DNA of 64,000 nt. It comes from an uncultured Clostridia bacterium. Its GTDB lineage: Bacteria > Bacillota > Clostridia > TANB77 > CAG-508. Numbering within the stretch: the first letter of the stretch is position 1; every line of letters starts with the position of its first letter. This document shows positions 32,430 to 43,267 of this stretch, piece after piece. The stretch lies in assembly GCA_963558405.1 (NCBI GenBank), contig CAUWGC010000001.1, forward strand, positions 32,001 to 96,000. Reading direction: 5' to 3'. A program made the position numbers and the translations under genes. The notes beneath the pieces were generated by a model. That model was not told where the DNA came from. It was given only the letters and a program-made list of their open reading frames with translations, and did no database searches.

Positions 32430-34343
32430 ATGAATACAGAAAATAAAAAATTTATGAATGATGCTGTAATAGGAAATAAAAATTTAGTTGCAAGTTATAG
32501 TAAAGAAGGAGAATTATTAAGATTTTTTTATCCAAATGTAGATTACAAACAATTTATAGACTTCTTTCATACTGGAGTAAAAATAAATGATTCTAATATA
32601 ATTTATTTACATGATGATATTAATAATGTTTATGAACAATATTATACAGAAAATTCTAACATTTTAAATACAAACATATATAATACTTATTTTAATATAA
32701 AAATAATGCAAACTGACTTCTTTTGCATAGATAAAAATATATTAGTAAAAAGATATAGCTTTGTAAACGAGAATTCTATAGATTTAGATGTTCACTTTTT
32801 AATACATTCTTCACTTGTAACTAATATTAATAATATGGTTAGCTGTGTAGTAATGGACGATGTTATGATACAATATAACCATGAAAATACCTTTAGTATA
32901 TTTTCAAAAAATGATATAGAATCACATCGTATAAATGATTCAAAAACGCAAATTAATACTGGAGTGATTTCAGACAAGGACTATATAGGAATGGCATCAG
33001 ACAGTAGCATAAGCTATTCTATAGGAGTAATACATCCGAGAGAAAAAAAATCTATAGATATATTTATAAAAGTAGATAATAATAAAGATAAATCAAGTTT
33101 AAGTGAACTAGAATTAGAATTAAGTAGATTAAGAAAATTAGATACAGAAAAAGAATATAATAAAACAAGAAAATACTGGCAAAAATATTTAACAGATCAT
33201 AATACAATACCATTAAAAAACATAGAAAGTAATTTTGATAAAAAAGTAGAAGAAATTTATAAAAGATCTATTTTATTATTTCCGTTATTAATAAATCATG
33301 AAACAGGAGGAATTTCTGCTGGAATAGAAGTAGATGAAAACAGAATCCATTCTGGTAGATATTCATATTGTTGGCCAAGAGACGCAGTATTTATAACAAA
33401 TGCATTTGATATATTAGGAATGTATAATGAAACAAATAAATTTTATAAAAATTTCTGTAAAATGACTCAACATCGCAGTGGAATATGGGAACAAAGATAT
33501 TACACAGATGGGCACTTAGCACCTTGTTGGGGATATCAAATAGATGAAACAGCAAGTGTAATTTATGGAGTATATGGACATTATAAATATACAAAAGATA
33601 AACAATTTTTAAAAGATTGTTTAAAAATGTGTGAAAATGCAATGAAATTTTTAAAAAAATATGTAGATAATTTATTTACCCCAGATCCAGCAATGCCACA
33701 AAGCTATGATTTATGGGAAATGCATGAAGGAATTCATACATATTCTATTGCAAGTATATTTGCATGTTTTGAAAGAATGATAAAAATATATGAAGAAGTA
33801 AAAGAGCTATATGCAGGAAATCGTTTAAAAGAACAATTTATTATAGAAGAAACAGAAAATATTAGAAAATATTTAGTTAAAATAAAGAAATATATATTAG
33901 AAAATTTTTATGATGAAGAAAAAAAATGTTTTGTAAGAGGAAAAGAAGATAAAACAGTTGATATTAGTGTAATGGGACTTATAGCACCTTTTAAAATATT
34001 TAGTCCAAAAGAAAAGAAAATACTAAATACAGTAGAAAAAATCAATTTAACATTAAGAACATATACAGGAGGATATTTACGTTTTGAAAAAGATAGTTAT
34101 ATGGGAGGATATAATCCTTGGGTTGTATCAACACTATGGATGGCACTATACTATATTCAAAACGAAGAATGGAAAAAGGCAAGAGAATGTTTTAAATTTG
34201 TTGTAGATACAATGGCAGAACATGGATTCTTAGGTGAACAAGTAGATAATAACACAAAAACAGCAAGCTGGGTAATAGGACTTGGTTGGTCACATGCAAT
34301 GTTTATTGTAGTATTAGATGCATTAGCAAAACACGGCAATTAA
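32430..34343 (+). CDS. Glycoside hydrolase family 15 (glucoamylase-like)
   Basis: YSYCWPRD, QIDETA, DLWE, EQV, LGWSHAMF. Confidence 0.9.
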   Translation: MNTENKKFMNDAVIGNKNLVASYSKEGELLRFFYPNVDYKQFIDFFHTGVKINDSNIIYLHDDINNVYEQYYTENSNILNTNIYNTYFNIKIMQTDFFCIDKNILVKRYSFVNENSIDLDVHFLIHSSLVTNINNMVSCVVMDDVMIQYNHENTFSIFSKNDIESHRINDSKTQINTGVISDKDYIGMASDSSISYSIGVIHPREKKSIDIFIKVDNNKDKSSLSELELELSRLRKLDTEKEYNKTRKYWQKYLTDHNTIPLKNIESNFDKKVEEIYKRSILLFPLLINHETGGISAGIEVDENRIHSGRYSYCWPRDAVFITNAFDILGMYNETNKFYKNFCKMTQHRSGIWEQRYYTDGHLAPCWGYQIDETASVIYGVYGHYKYTKDKQFLKDCLKMCENAMKFLKKYVDNLFTPDPAMPQSYDLWEMHEGIHTYSIASIFACFERMIKIYEEVKELYAGNRLKEQFIIEETENIRKYLVKIKKYILENFYDEEKKCFVRGKEDKTVDISVMGLIAPFKIFSPKEKKILNTVEKINLTLRTYTGGYLRFEKDSYMGGYNPWVVSTLWMALYYIQNEEWKKARECFKFVVDTMAEHGFLGEQVDNNTKTASWVIGLGWSHAMFIVVLDALAKHGN

Positions 34344-34350
34344 AATTAAA

Positions 34351-34410
34351 AAGTGTCAAAAGGGACGTACCTTTTGACACTTGACAGAAAAAAATGAATT
34401 ATGCTAGAAT
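34351..34410 (+). promoter_or_regulatory. 13-bp inverted repeat overlapping a sigma-A promoter
   Basis: AAGTGTCAAAAGG-gacgta-CCTTTTGACACTT; TTGACA(34381)-18 nt-TAGAAT with TG extension. Confidence 0.7.
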
Positions 34411-34536
34411 AATGAAAAGAATAGCTAAAGCAACAAACAAAGGAGGAAATCGCTGTGGCTGTAGAGAGATAGAGAGCAATAGTTTAAGAAATGAGATAAA
34501 AGTAGAAGCACAGTGCAATTGTGCTTGTTTGAGATA

Positions 34537-34575
34537 TAAAGATGGACTACGTTATTTTGTAGTCTGTCTTTTTTG
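34537..34575 (+). terminator. Terminator/attenuator inside the 5' leader
   Basis: AGATGGACTAC/GTAGTCTGTCT stem plus T run, about 150 nt before the next ATG. Confidence 0.65.
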
Positions 34576-34724
34576 CACATTTTTAGTGCATGATACAAGT
34601 TAGCGTAAAATCAGGATATTAATTTTGAAAAAGAACTGTAGTTTATTCAAAAATGAAGAGGAATAGAAAAAAATATAAAGACAAAGTAAATAATAAAACA
34701 AAGTAAAAGAATGGAGGAAAGTAA

Positions 34725-35325
34725 ATGAATAAGGTAAAAGAAGAAAAAGGAATAACTTTAGTTGCATTAGTAATAACAGTAATAGTTCTGATTATATTAG
34801 CTGGTGTAACAATTGATTCTTTATTAGGGGAACATGGCATAATAACTAAAGCAAAAGAAGCTAGTCGAAATATGGTAGATGCATCAAGAAGAGAAGAGGA
34901 GTTGATGGATAATTTACTTAATGAACTATTAAAAGTAGAAAATGGAGAAGATATTACTAACCCAGATAAAGCAGACTATTGTAATCTAAAAATCAATATG
35001 CAACTAGAATCATATAATACGACACTAGGAGAATTTCCTATTATTTTTCAAGTAACTGCTACTTCTAATCAAGAAATTATATACAATGATACAGTGGAAA
35101 TGCAAATGGATGAAACAGGTAAAAAAACTATAGAATTAGAAAAGGTGGGACCAGAAGGTAGTAATGTAAATGTAAAAGTAGTATATGCTGGAATTAACTA
35201 TAATTTAACAACATCAAAAGATACTAGTGTTACTCTTAGTAAATCTACAACAGCAGAAGTGAATTATAAAGAAAGATACAGCCGGAGGTCTTTTTGATAC
35301 TGACTTTGTTAAAATGAAATTTTAA
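34725..35325 (+). CDS. Type IV pilin-like protein; +1 frameshift at CGG 35283
   Basis: KGITLVALVITVIVLIILAGV; skipping C35283 gives the C-terminus YSGGLFDTDFVKMKF, stopping just before the next RBS. Confidence 0.75.
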
Positions 35326-35342
35326 AAGTAAAAGGAGTAAAT

Positions 35343-35825
35343 ATGGATATAAAAATAAATAACAAAACTAAATTAGTTTTAATAATAATTGTAACAATCT
35401 TTACTTTATTGTTTATGATAAAAATTGTTTATGCTTATTTTACTGATTTAGATTCAGCAAAAGGTAGTCAAAATATAATAATAGAAGAAAGTAAGATAAA
35501 ATTAGAAACACAAAAAAAAGGAAATATTTTATGTGTTTCAATAGAAAATATAGGAAAAGAGGAAATTTATGCAAGAATAAAAATAGTAACAACTGCTGAT
35601 GTAAGACTAGTAGGAAATAATATGGAAAAAAAGGAAGATGGATATTATTATTACAATAATCCAATATTAGCAGGAGAAAAAGTAGAAAATATATTATTTG
35701 AAATAGATTCAAAATCAAGTATAACAAATGATTTTAATGTAATCACTGTTGCAGAAGGAACAACAGCATTATATGATGAAAACGGGATGCTATATGCAGA
35801 CTGGACAATAAATTCAGAAGAGTAA
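35343..35825 (+). CDS. SipW-type signal peptide protein (TasA/BsaA-like)
   Basis: Hydrophobic stretch then AYFTD; IENIG..YARIKI, DGYYYYN. Confidence 0.7.
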   Translation: MDIKINNKTKLVLIIIVTIFTLLFMIKIVYAYFTDLDSAKGSQNIIIEESKIKLETQKKGNILCVSIENIGKEEIYARIKIVTTADVRLVGNNMEKKEDGYYYYNNPILAGEKVENILFEIDSKSSITNDFNVITVAEGTTALYDENGMLYADWTINSEE

Positions 35826-35838
35826 AAAGGAGGCAAAA

Positions 35839-36480
35839 ATGCAAAAAAAAGTTATATTTGGAATTACAGTATTTTTAATAATGGTACTTATAATAAAAAG
35901 CAATATAAACATGGCATCAACGGGAAGTATAAATATTGAATTGATAGAAAATAATCAAAGTATATCTGGAGAATTATTTAATAAATTAATAATAGATGGT
36001 GAAAATATCAAAATAGGAAAAAAATATAATGAACAATTAAGTGTTAAAAATAATAGTGATGATGCATATATAAAAGTTGTGATAACAAAAAAATGGAAAG
36101 ATAATGCAGAGCTAAATCCTCATATGATAAAATTAGAAATGGATAAAACAGGTGCATGGATTATAGATGAAAATGCTTGTACTCCTAATAAGACAGTAAT
36201 GTATTATTCAAAATGTTTAAAAAATAATGAAATAACTCCAAATTTTATAGATAGTATAAAAATAGATAATAAAATACTAAGTGAAACCGAAACAAAAACA
36301 ACCGTAGGAACTAATGGATGTCAAAATATAGAAACATCATATGCATATGATAATGTTAATTTTGAGCTAGAAGCAGAAGCACAGGCAATTCAGAGCCACA
36401 ATGCGGTAAATGCTGCTAAGGAAGCATGGGGAGTGGATATAAAAATAAATCAAGATGGAAGTTTAGCTCTAGTACAGTAA
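35839..36480 (+). CDS. Exported BsaA/TasA-like protein
   Basis: N-terminal hydrophobic segment; VKNN..AYIKV, AEAQAIQ, AWG motifs. Confidence 0.65.
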   Translation: MQKKVIFGITVFLIMVLIIKSNINMASTGSINIELIENNQSISGELFNKLIIDGENIKIGKKYNEQLSVKNNSDDAYIKVVITKKWKDNAELNPHMIKLEMDKTGAWIIDENACTPNKTVMYYSKCLKNNEITPNFIDSIKIDNKILSETETKTTVGTNGCQNIETSYAYDNVNFELEAEAQAIQSHNAVNAAKEAWGVDIKINQDGSLALVQ

Positions 36481-36519
36481 AATATATTAAAAATTTTCAA
36501 AATAAAAATAAAGAAATAT

Positions 36520-36560
36520 AAAAAAACATCGTAAATTTGATAAAATTTACGATGTTTTTT
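36520..36560 (+). terminator. Rho-independent terminator
   Basis: AAAAAACATCGTAAATTT/AAATTTACGATGTTTTTT. Confidence 0.8.
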
Positions 36561-36721
36561 ATATAAAATATAGAAAAGAGCATGGGAAATTGCCTTTTTT
36601 AATTTTATGTTTACAAATTACATTTTTTGTAATATAATGTTACATGTAAAAATTCAATTTTTTGTATTAATGAAACACAAAAAATGGTGTTATTCAACTA
36701 TAATTTAATAGGGGGGATACT

Positions 36722-37727
36722 ATGAAAAAGCTTTTTAAGGAAATTAGTATAATAACATTTATAGTAATAATGATGATTACTTTATTACAATTTCCTGTAA
36801 ATGCAACAAATGATGAGTTAGAGATTATTAAAACATCAGACGAATATTTGCTTTATGTTTCAACAATTATGGAAAAAGAATTTGAGTTTATGTATACAAA
36901 GGATGAAAATTTAAAAGTATCAGCATTAGATTTTTCAACTGCAATTAAATCAGTTAAAGACACAGAAGGAAATAATGTAGCATATATTGATAGCTCATTA
37001 GAAAACATGTATTTAAAAAATAAAAATCGGAGATACAGAAAATGCATACATGTGGATTAAACAAGGAACAAAAATTAGTGGTCCAATTTTAGTTAATTTA
37101 AATACATCTATTACTCAAGAAATAATAGAACATGTAAGTAAAACTACTACTAGAATTCCAGTTACAATTGGTCAAGAAGAGAGAGAACCAGTAATAGATG
37201 AAAACAGAACAATTACTACAACAGTTGGCTATTTACAAATTGAGACACAAGAAGGATGTACATATGAATATCAATTGGTTAAATTACCAAATGAAAATTA
37301 TACAAGATTTGTAGAACTTGCAAAAGAAATTTCAAGCTTTACTAAAGATAGCAATTCTTATAGAAATATATCAAAAATCAATGAATTCTATAATCTATAT
37401 AATGATTTAATTCCTGAAAAATGGAATAAAGTAGATAATAGAATTGAACAACCTGAAGATGCTAAAAATGGTGATGAATATGTTGTTTGGATTAGAAGTA
37501 CAAATTCAAATGGTGAAAAAGTAGTAGATGTTCAATTTATGACAAGCGTAAGAGAAGAAAAAGAAAAAACTTCCGTAGAAACAGTTAAAGAAGAAGTAAC
37601 TAAAACAACAAAATTACCAGTAACTTTTGATAGTAACATAATACTAATAATTGTATTGGCAGTAATAATTGTAGCAATTATAGTTCTTTTTATAGTAAAA
37701 AAGAAATTAGACAATAAAAATAAGTAA
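36722..37727 (+). CDS. Sortase-substrate surface protein; +1 frameshift at CGG 37028
   Basis: Signal peptide in the 5' part; LPVTF, TM and KKK tail in the 3' part; skipping C37028 gives KNKNGDTENAYMWIKQG (about 334 aa). Confidence 0.85.
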
Positions 37728-37755
37728 AGTTTTATAAACTAATAGTCAGGTATAT

Positions 37756-38340
37756 ATGAAAAAGTTTATTAATATTTTTATAATTTTATTAGTATTAGCT
37801 GCAATTATAGTTTTTGGAGTTATTATCTACAGATATTCACAATATCAAGCAAACAGTAATGCTGCAGTAGAGGTAGTGGCTCAAATAGAGAAAAAATTTG
37901 GAGAAGTATCAGAAACAAATCAGAAGGTTGAAATAGAATATAAAGGATACAAAGTAATTGGTATAATAGAAATACCAAAAATAAATATAAAATATCCTAT
38001 ATTAAATAAAACTAATGATGATGCTATGAAATATTCAATTACAAAGTTTTCTGGAGGAGAGGTTAATTCAGTTGGAAATTTTGTGGTTGCGGGTCATAAT
38101 TATTTAGATGGTTCTTTTTTGGGAAAAGTTAAACAATTAGAAATAGGGGATAAAATAAAACTTACAGATTTATATAATAATACAGTAGAATATGAGATAT
38201 TTGATATTTATTCTGTAAATCCAAATGATACAAGTATTTTAAAAAGTGTAGACGTAAATTTACGAGAAGTTACACTAATAACTTGTACAAAAGGCCGTGT
38301 AGAAAGACTTATAATTAAGGCTAGAGAAGTAAAAAGTTAA
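37756..38340 (+). CDS. Sortase
   Basis: N-terminal TM; IEIPKI, AGHN, TLITCT, RLII. Confidence 0.93.
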   Translation: MKKFINIFIILLVLAAIIVFGVIIYRYSQYQANSNAAVEVVAQIEKKFGEVSETNQKVEIEYKGYKVIGIIEIPKINIKYPILNKTNDDAMKYSITKFSGGEVNSVGNFVVAGHNYLDGSFLGKVKQLEIGDKIKLTDLYNNTVEYEIFDIYSVNPNDTSILKSVDVNLREVTLITCTKGRVERLIIKAREVKS

Positions 38341-38428
38341 ATAATTTATAATGATGTAAAATAAGAATAGCAAAAGTAATAATAACAATTAAGTATTATT
38401 GAATATTAATTTTTAGGGGGGAAAATTA

Positions 38429-41400
38429 ATGAAAGCTAAAATGAGCTATAAGAGTAAGAGAATAGCCATTATTACAGCAGTAATTGTATTATCGATTGTA
38501 GCAATTTCTACTGGTGTATATTTCTTCATTAAAGGTAATGATGATATACAAGCTACATATACAGGAAATGAACAAAATATAGCAAGTACAAATAATGGCA
38601 AAAATGAAACAGGCGAAAATGGTGTAGTAGAAAATTCAGAAGAACAAAATCAAAATGAGGAGGATTCTAAAGAACCTATTAATGTAGATGAAAACACAGG
38701 TAACAATACAACATCAGGAACTACAACAAACGGAAATAATGATTTGGAAACAAACAATGGTCAAGATGATAATGAAGAAAATATTCCAAATGAAGAGTAT
38801 ACACAAGTAGATATAATAGAAACACAAGTTGAAAAAGTAGAACAAGAAGTAGAAGTTGGATGGACAAACATATCATTAGCAAATGCTCAAATGTTTACCA
38901 ATATTACAACAAATAAACCAGATTTATCAATTAACAAAACAGCTACAGTAGTAAATTCATTAAATGAAGCTGATAATGCGGTTCAAATAGGAAGCAAAAT
39001 AAGATATGATATTACAGTAACAAACAATAGCTTAAATTTTGATGCTACAGGTATTAAAGTATCAGATATAATTCCAGAAGGAACAAAATTTGATGAAGAA
39101 GCAGGAGCTTCAAATGGTGTGTTACCAAATGAAAGTAGAAGATTAGTGTGGGTAATTGATGTACCTAGAAAAATTTCAGATATAGATACAAAAAATACTG
39201 TTAAACTTTCTTTCACAGTAGAAGTAGTAGATACAGAAATTGGAGAAGAGACAGTAAATGAAATACGTAATATAGCTGTTGTAAATGGTAAAAATACTAA
39301 TGAAACAGTTAACCCAATCATAGAAACAGAAAAGACAATATTAAATGCACCAGAAGTATTACAAGAAGGTTCAATAATTGAATATGGAATAATAGTTAAT
39401 AATAAGAGCACTGAAGTTGCTAAAACAACTATTAGAGATTCTGTACCAGAGGGAACAACATTAGTTAGAGACGAAAATAAAAATCCAGCTATATATATTA
39501 ATGGAGTAATAGCAACAGAAAATAGTTATACTATTACAACAGATGAAATTACAGGTAGAGAAGTTATAACATGGAATAATGTAGAAATTAAAGAGGAAGA
39601 GTTTGTAGTATCTTTTAAAGTTACAGTAGATGCATTTGAAGGAGATTCTAAAACTATATCTAATATAGCAATTGTTGGAGATAAACCAACAGATGAAGTT
39701 GAAGAAAAAGCACACAATTTTTATTATAAAGTAGAATACTACAAAGATAGTATAAAACCAGAAAATAAATTATTTGAAACTAAACTTGTAAAAGAACTAT
39801 TTGGAACAAATATAACAGATAAAATAGTAGCAGAAGATTTTGGAAAAGATTGGATAAATGCAAAAAGACCACAAGAATATAACGAAGGAACTGTACAAGA
39901 TTCAAATGGAAATGTAGAAGGATATATAACAATAAATACAGAAAATAATGTAATCAAAGTGTTATATGTAAAAGAGGAAGTAAAAGAATTAGATTTAACA
40001 ATAATACCAACTACAACAGAAACAGTACCTCAAAGAGCTGTATTAGTATTAGATTTTTCAAGTAGCATGAAGGGAGATAGAATACAACAATTAAAAAGTG
40101 CAGTAAATCTTTTCTTAAAAGAATTTCTAAAACCGGATAAAAATGGAAAAGGAACTACTGGTAACGAAGTAATAATTATTGAATATGATGGTAAACTTAG
40201 AAGAAATCCTATAGGTCCTTCATCTAATATGAATGTTTTAGATATTTCAAAACACGAAAATGGAAGAGGAACCAACATCGATTTAGGTTTAACCGTAGCA
40301 TATAAGTATATAAATGATAATATAAGTACATCTGTAATTTTAATGTCAGATGGTGAACCATATGATTATGTTGATGAAAATGGAAACCTAAAAAATGATT
40401 CTATTGAGAGAGCAAAGGAAGAGGCGAAGGCTTCAGCAAAAAAAATAAAAGATGCTGGAATTAAACTCTTTACTATAGGCTTTAAAATGAATGATGGTGA
40501 AGAATTAATGCAAGAAATGGCTACTTCACGTGATGTATGCTATTCAGCAAATGACGGACATAAGTTAGAAGAGGCATTCAAACAAATATCAGCTACAATT
40601 ACTGAAGTAAATGATCAAGCTTCTATTCCATACCAAACTCAAAATGGAATAGCTGAAATAACAAGTGGATTTACAAAAGGACAAAATGTAGAAATATATA
40701 CAAAAACATATGTAGTAAATACAACAAAACCTTATAAGACATATACATGGGAACAATTTATAGGATTAGATTATGTAACATATAATACAGGTAATGGTAA
40801 ACTAACATTTAATTTAAGAGATTATATAAATGATAACGGTATAAGTGAAGATGCTCCTATTGCTATAAGATTTGTATGTGATGGAATTAAGTCAGTAAGT
40901 AAATTTGCAAGTAATGGAATAAAAAGAGAAAGTATAGAGCCTTTACAAACTTTTAACTCAATTCAAGAATCTGACAGTGTAGATGAAAAAATAAAAGAAG
41001 ATATGCCAGAAACAAGTGATAGTATAGATGAAAATGTAAAAGAAAAAGAAGAGTTACAAGAACCAAATAATGTGACAGACAACATTAAAGATATATCTGA
41101 AGAAGAAAAAGAAGAAATACAAGAGCCAAATGATGTGATAGGAAACATTAAAGATACATCTGAAGAGGAAAAAGAAGAAATAGAAAAGCCAAATGATGTG
41201 GCAGACAACATTAAAGATACATCTGAAGAGAAAAAAGAAGAAATACAAAAACCAAATGATGTGTCAGAAATAGAAGATGAAGAACAACAATCAAGCAATA
41301 TTACTGATACATCAGTGAAAGAGCAAGAATCAAGTGAAAATTCTACAGCAGTTAAAGATGAAGAAACAGAAACTGTAAAAAATGCAAAGAATACAGAGAA

Positions 41401-41467
41401 GATAAAAGAAAAAAGAACTTCTTTAACTACTGAAAAAAAAGAAGATATTTCAAATATAAAAAAATAG
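38429..41467 (+). CDS. Large surface adhesin with DUF11-like Ig repeats and a vWA domain
   Basis: N-terminal TM; YDITVTN..VSDIIPEGT and IEYGIIVNN..IRDSVPEGT repeats; MIDAS LDFSSSM, GTNI, MSDGEP. Confidence 0.85.
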   Translation: MKAKMSYKSKRIAIITAVIVLSIVAISTGVYFFIKGNDDIQATYTGNEQNIASTNNGKNETGENGVVENSEEQNQNEEDSKEPINVDENTGNNTTSGTTTNGNNDLETNNGQDDNEENIPNEEYTQVDIIETQVEKVEQEVEVGWTNISLANAQMFTNITTNKPDLSINKTATVVNSLNEADNAVQIGSKIRYDITVTNNSLNFDATGIKVSDIIPEGTKFDEEAGASNGVLPNESRRLVWVIDVPRKISDIDTKNTVKLSFTVEVVDTEIGEETVNEIRNIAVVNGKNTNETVNPIIETEKTILNAPEVLQEGSIIEYGIIVNNKSTEVAKTTIRDSVPEGTTLVRDENKNPAIYINGVIATENSYTITTDEITGREVITWNNVEIKEEEFVVSFKVTVDAFEGDSKTISNIAIVGDKPTDEVEEKAHNFYYKVEYYKDSIKPENKLFETKLVKELFGTNITDKIVAEDFGKDWINAKRPQEYNEGTVQDSNGNVEGYITINTENNVIKVLYVKEEVKELDLTIIPTTTETVPQRAVLVLDFSSSMKGDRIQQLKSAVNLFLKEFLKPDKNGKGTTGNEVIIIEYDGKLRRNPIGPSSNMNVLDISKHENGRGTNIDLGLTVAYKYINDNISTSVILMSDGEPYDYVDENGNLKNDSIERAKEEAKASAKKIKDAGIKLFTIGFKMNDGEELMQEMATSRDVCYSANDGHKLEEAFKQISATITEVNDQASIPYQTQNGIAEITSGFTKGQNVEIYTKTYVVNTTKPYKTYTWEQFIGLDYVTYNTGNGKLTFNLRDYINDNGISEDAPIAIRFVCDGIKSVSKFASNGIKRESIEPLQTFNSIQESDSVDEKIKEDMPETSDSIDENVKEKEELQEPNNVTDNIKDISEEEKEEIQEPNDVIGNIKDTSEEEKEEIEKPNDVADNIKDTSEEKKEEIQKPNDVSEIEDEEQQSSNITDTSVKEQESSENSTAVKDEETETVKNAKNTEKIKEKRTSLTTEKKEDISNIKK
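41041..41265 (+). repeat. About four 60-bp (20-aa) tandem coding repeats
   Basis: EKEEIQEPNDVxxNIKDTSE units at an exact 60-nt period. Confidence 0.9.
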
Positions 41468-41478
41468 TTCTATAATCC

Positions 41479-41517
41479 AAAATAGAAAGAGTAAATTAGG
41501 TTACTCTTTCTATTTTT
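41479..41517 (+). terminator. Rho-independent terminator
   Basis: AAAATAGAAAGAGTAA/TTACTCTTTCTATTTT. Confidence 0.8.
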
Positions 41518-41680
41518 ACTATAAATATCTATCATAAGTTTAAAAATAATAGATAAAATTTAACTATAGTTAAAAATAATTTAAAATTGATGAACAGTAG
41601 TAAAATTAACATAACTACTTGAATTTATAAAAAAATGTGATATAATTATGTAAATATGAGTCGAAAAAAGGAAAATAAAA

Positions 41681-42469
41681 ATGAAAAAAATAATTGTATT
41701 TCTAGCTATTATTATAGTTATTATATTAGGAATAATTATCTCTTTTATTATTCTTAAACATAATAACTACTCTGATAAAGTTAATTTCTATTTTTTTTCG
41801 TTACAAGATGCAGATGCAAGCTTGATAACTTATAAAGACATAGTAATAATTATAGATACTGGAGAAGAAAAAGATCAAGAAAAAATACAAAAAAAACTGC
41901 AAGATGAAAAAATTAAAAAGATTGATTACCTTATATTAACACATCCTGATAAAGATCATATAGGAAATGCACAGTTTTTAATTAAAAATTATCAAATTGA
42001 AAAGATTTTTCAAACAGATTATAACAAAGAGTCTAAATTACAAGAAAATTTAAATAAAATAATAGAAGAAAAAGAAATAGAAAATATAATTTTAACAGAA
42101 AAAATAGAGTTTCAAATAGAAAAACTAAATATTAAAATAGAGCCACCTAGAGTACAATATAAAGATTCAAACAATAATTCTTTAATTGTAACAGTAGAAT
42201 TTAATGGTAAAAAAGCGTTTTACGCTGGAGATATTAGAGAAGAGAGAATGCAAGAGATACTAGGAGATATGGAAACAGTGGACTTATTGAAGTATCCATA
42301 TCATGGAAGAAAAAATGAATTATCAAAAGAATTTATTCAAATGATGAAACCTAAAATGACAGTTATAACAGGAGAAAATCCAGATGAAAGTATAATGAAT
42401 GAATTAAAAAATATAGAAAGTAAAATAAGACTTACAAATAAAAGGCAAGTTGAAATAACATTTGAATAA
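41681..42469 (+). CDS. ComEC/Rec2-like MBL-fold hydrolase, membrane-anchored
   Basis: IDTG, THPDKDHIG, NNNS, AGD, PYHG. Confidence 0.85.
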   Translation: MKKIIVFLAIIIVIILGIIISFIILKHNNYSDKVNFYFFSLQDADASLITYKDIVIIIDTGEEKDQEKIQKKLQDEKIKKIDYLILTHPDKDHIGNAQFLIKNYQIEKIFQTDYNKESKLQENLNKIIEEKEIENIILTEKIEFQIEKLNIKIEPPRVQYKDSNNNSLIVTVEFNGKKAFYAGDIREERMQEILGDMETVDLLKYPYHGRKNELSKEFIQMMKPKMTVITGENPDESIMNELKNIESKIRLTNKRQVEITFE

Positions 42470-42507
42470 AAAGGGGGAAAAGTTAGTATTAGAATACTAG
42501 CGTAAAT

Positions 42508-43206
42508 ATGAATAAAGTTGTAAGACAAGAAAAAAAGTTTCTAATAGGAACAGAAGAGTCATATAGCTTAAATAATTATTTATCAAAAATGCTTATAGAA
42601 GATAAACATAATGGCTCAAAAGGATATATTGTTAGATCTTTATACTTTGATACTTTATTTGATAAAGATTTTAGAGATAAAGAAGATGGAATAGAGCTTA
42701 GACGAAAAATTAGATTAAGAATATACAATCCTGATGATGATTTTGCAGTACTTGAAATGAAGCAAAAAGAGGGAGCCTACCAATTAAAAAGATCATTAAA
42801 AATTACTAGAGATGAAGCACAAGAATTAACAAAGAGAAATTATGGGGTATTATTAAATCATAAAGAGGATTTTGCAAAAGAGTGCTATGGATTAATGAAT
42901 ATGCAATGCTATTTGCCAAAAACAATAGTGCAATACAATAGAAAAGCTTTTATTGCAAAAGAAAACAATATAAGAATTACTTTTGATTCAAACATAATAG
43001 CGACAGAAACATGTTTTGATATATTTTCTAAAAATTTGAATATGTATCCTGTTTTTAATAAAGATAATACTGTACTAGAAATAAAATATAATGGTTTTTT
43101 GTTAGGATATATAAAAGATATGCTAGAAAATGTTCAAAAATCAGAAGTATCTGTAAGTAAATATTGTTTAGCAAGAACAGTAAGCTTAAAGTATCTATAT
43201 GTGTAA
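42508..43206 (+). CDS. VTC (polyphosphate polymerase) domain protein
   Basis: RQEKKF, RSLYFD, RRKIRLRIY, RITFD, VLEIKY, SKY. Confidence 0.9.
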   Translation: MNKVVRQEKKFLIGTEESYSLNNYLSKMLIEDKHNGSKGYIVRSLYFDTLFDKDFRDKEDGIELRRKIRLRIYNPDDDFAVLEMKQKEGAYQLKRSLKITRDEAQELTKRNYGVLLNHKEDFAKECYGLMNMQCYLPKTIVQYNRKAFIAKENNIRITFDSNIIATETCFDIFSKNLNMYPVFNKDNTVLEIKYNGFLLGYIKDMLENVQKSEVSVSKYCLARTVSLKYLYV

Positions 43207-43267
43207 TAAACAGTTTATACTGCTTTATAATAATATTATTAAAAATTATATAAATATAGGGGGAAAA

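Noticed and set aside
34394-34603. 69-aa ORF in the ORF track
   Set aside because: It starts inside the promoter, has no RBS and runs through terminator hairpins; better explained as leader RNA.
41041-41265. Regular 60-bp repeats as a possible CRISPR array
   Set aside because: They are in-frame coding tandem repeats with no unique spacers, and no cas genes are present.
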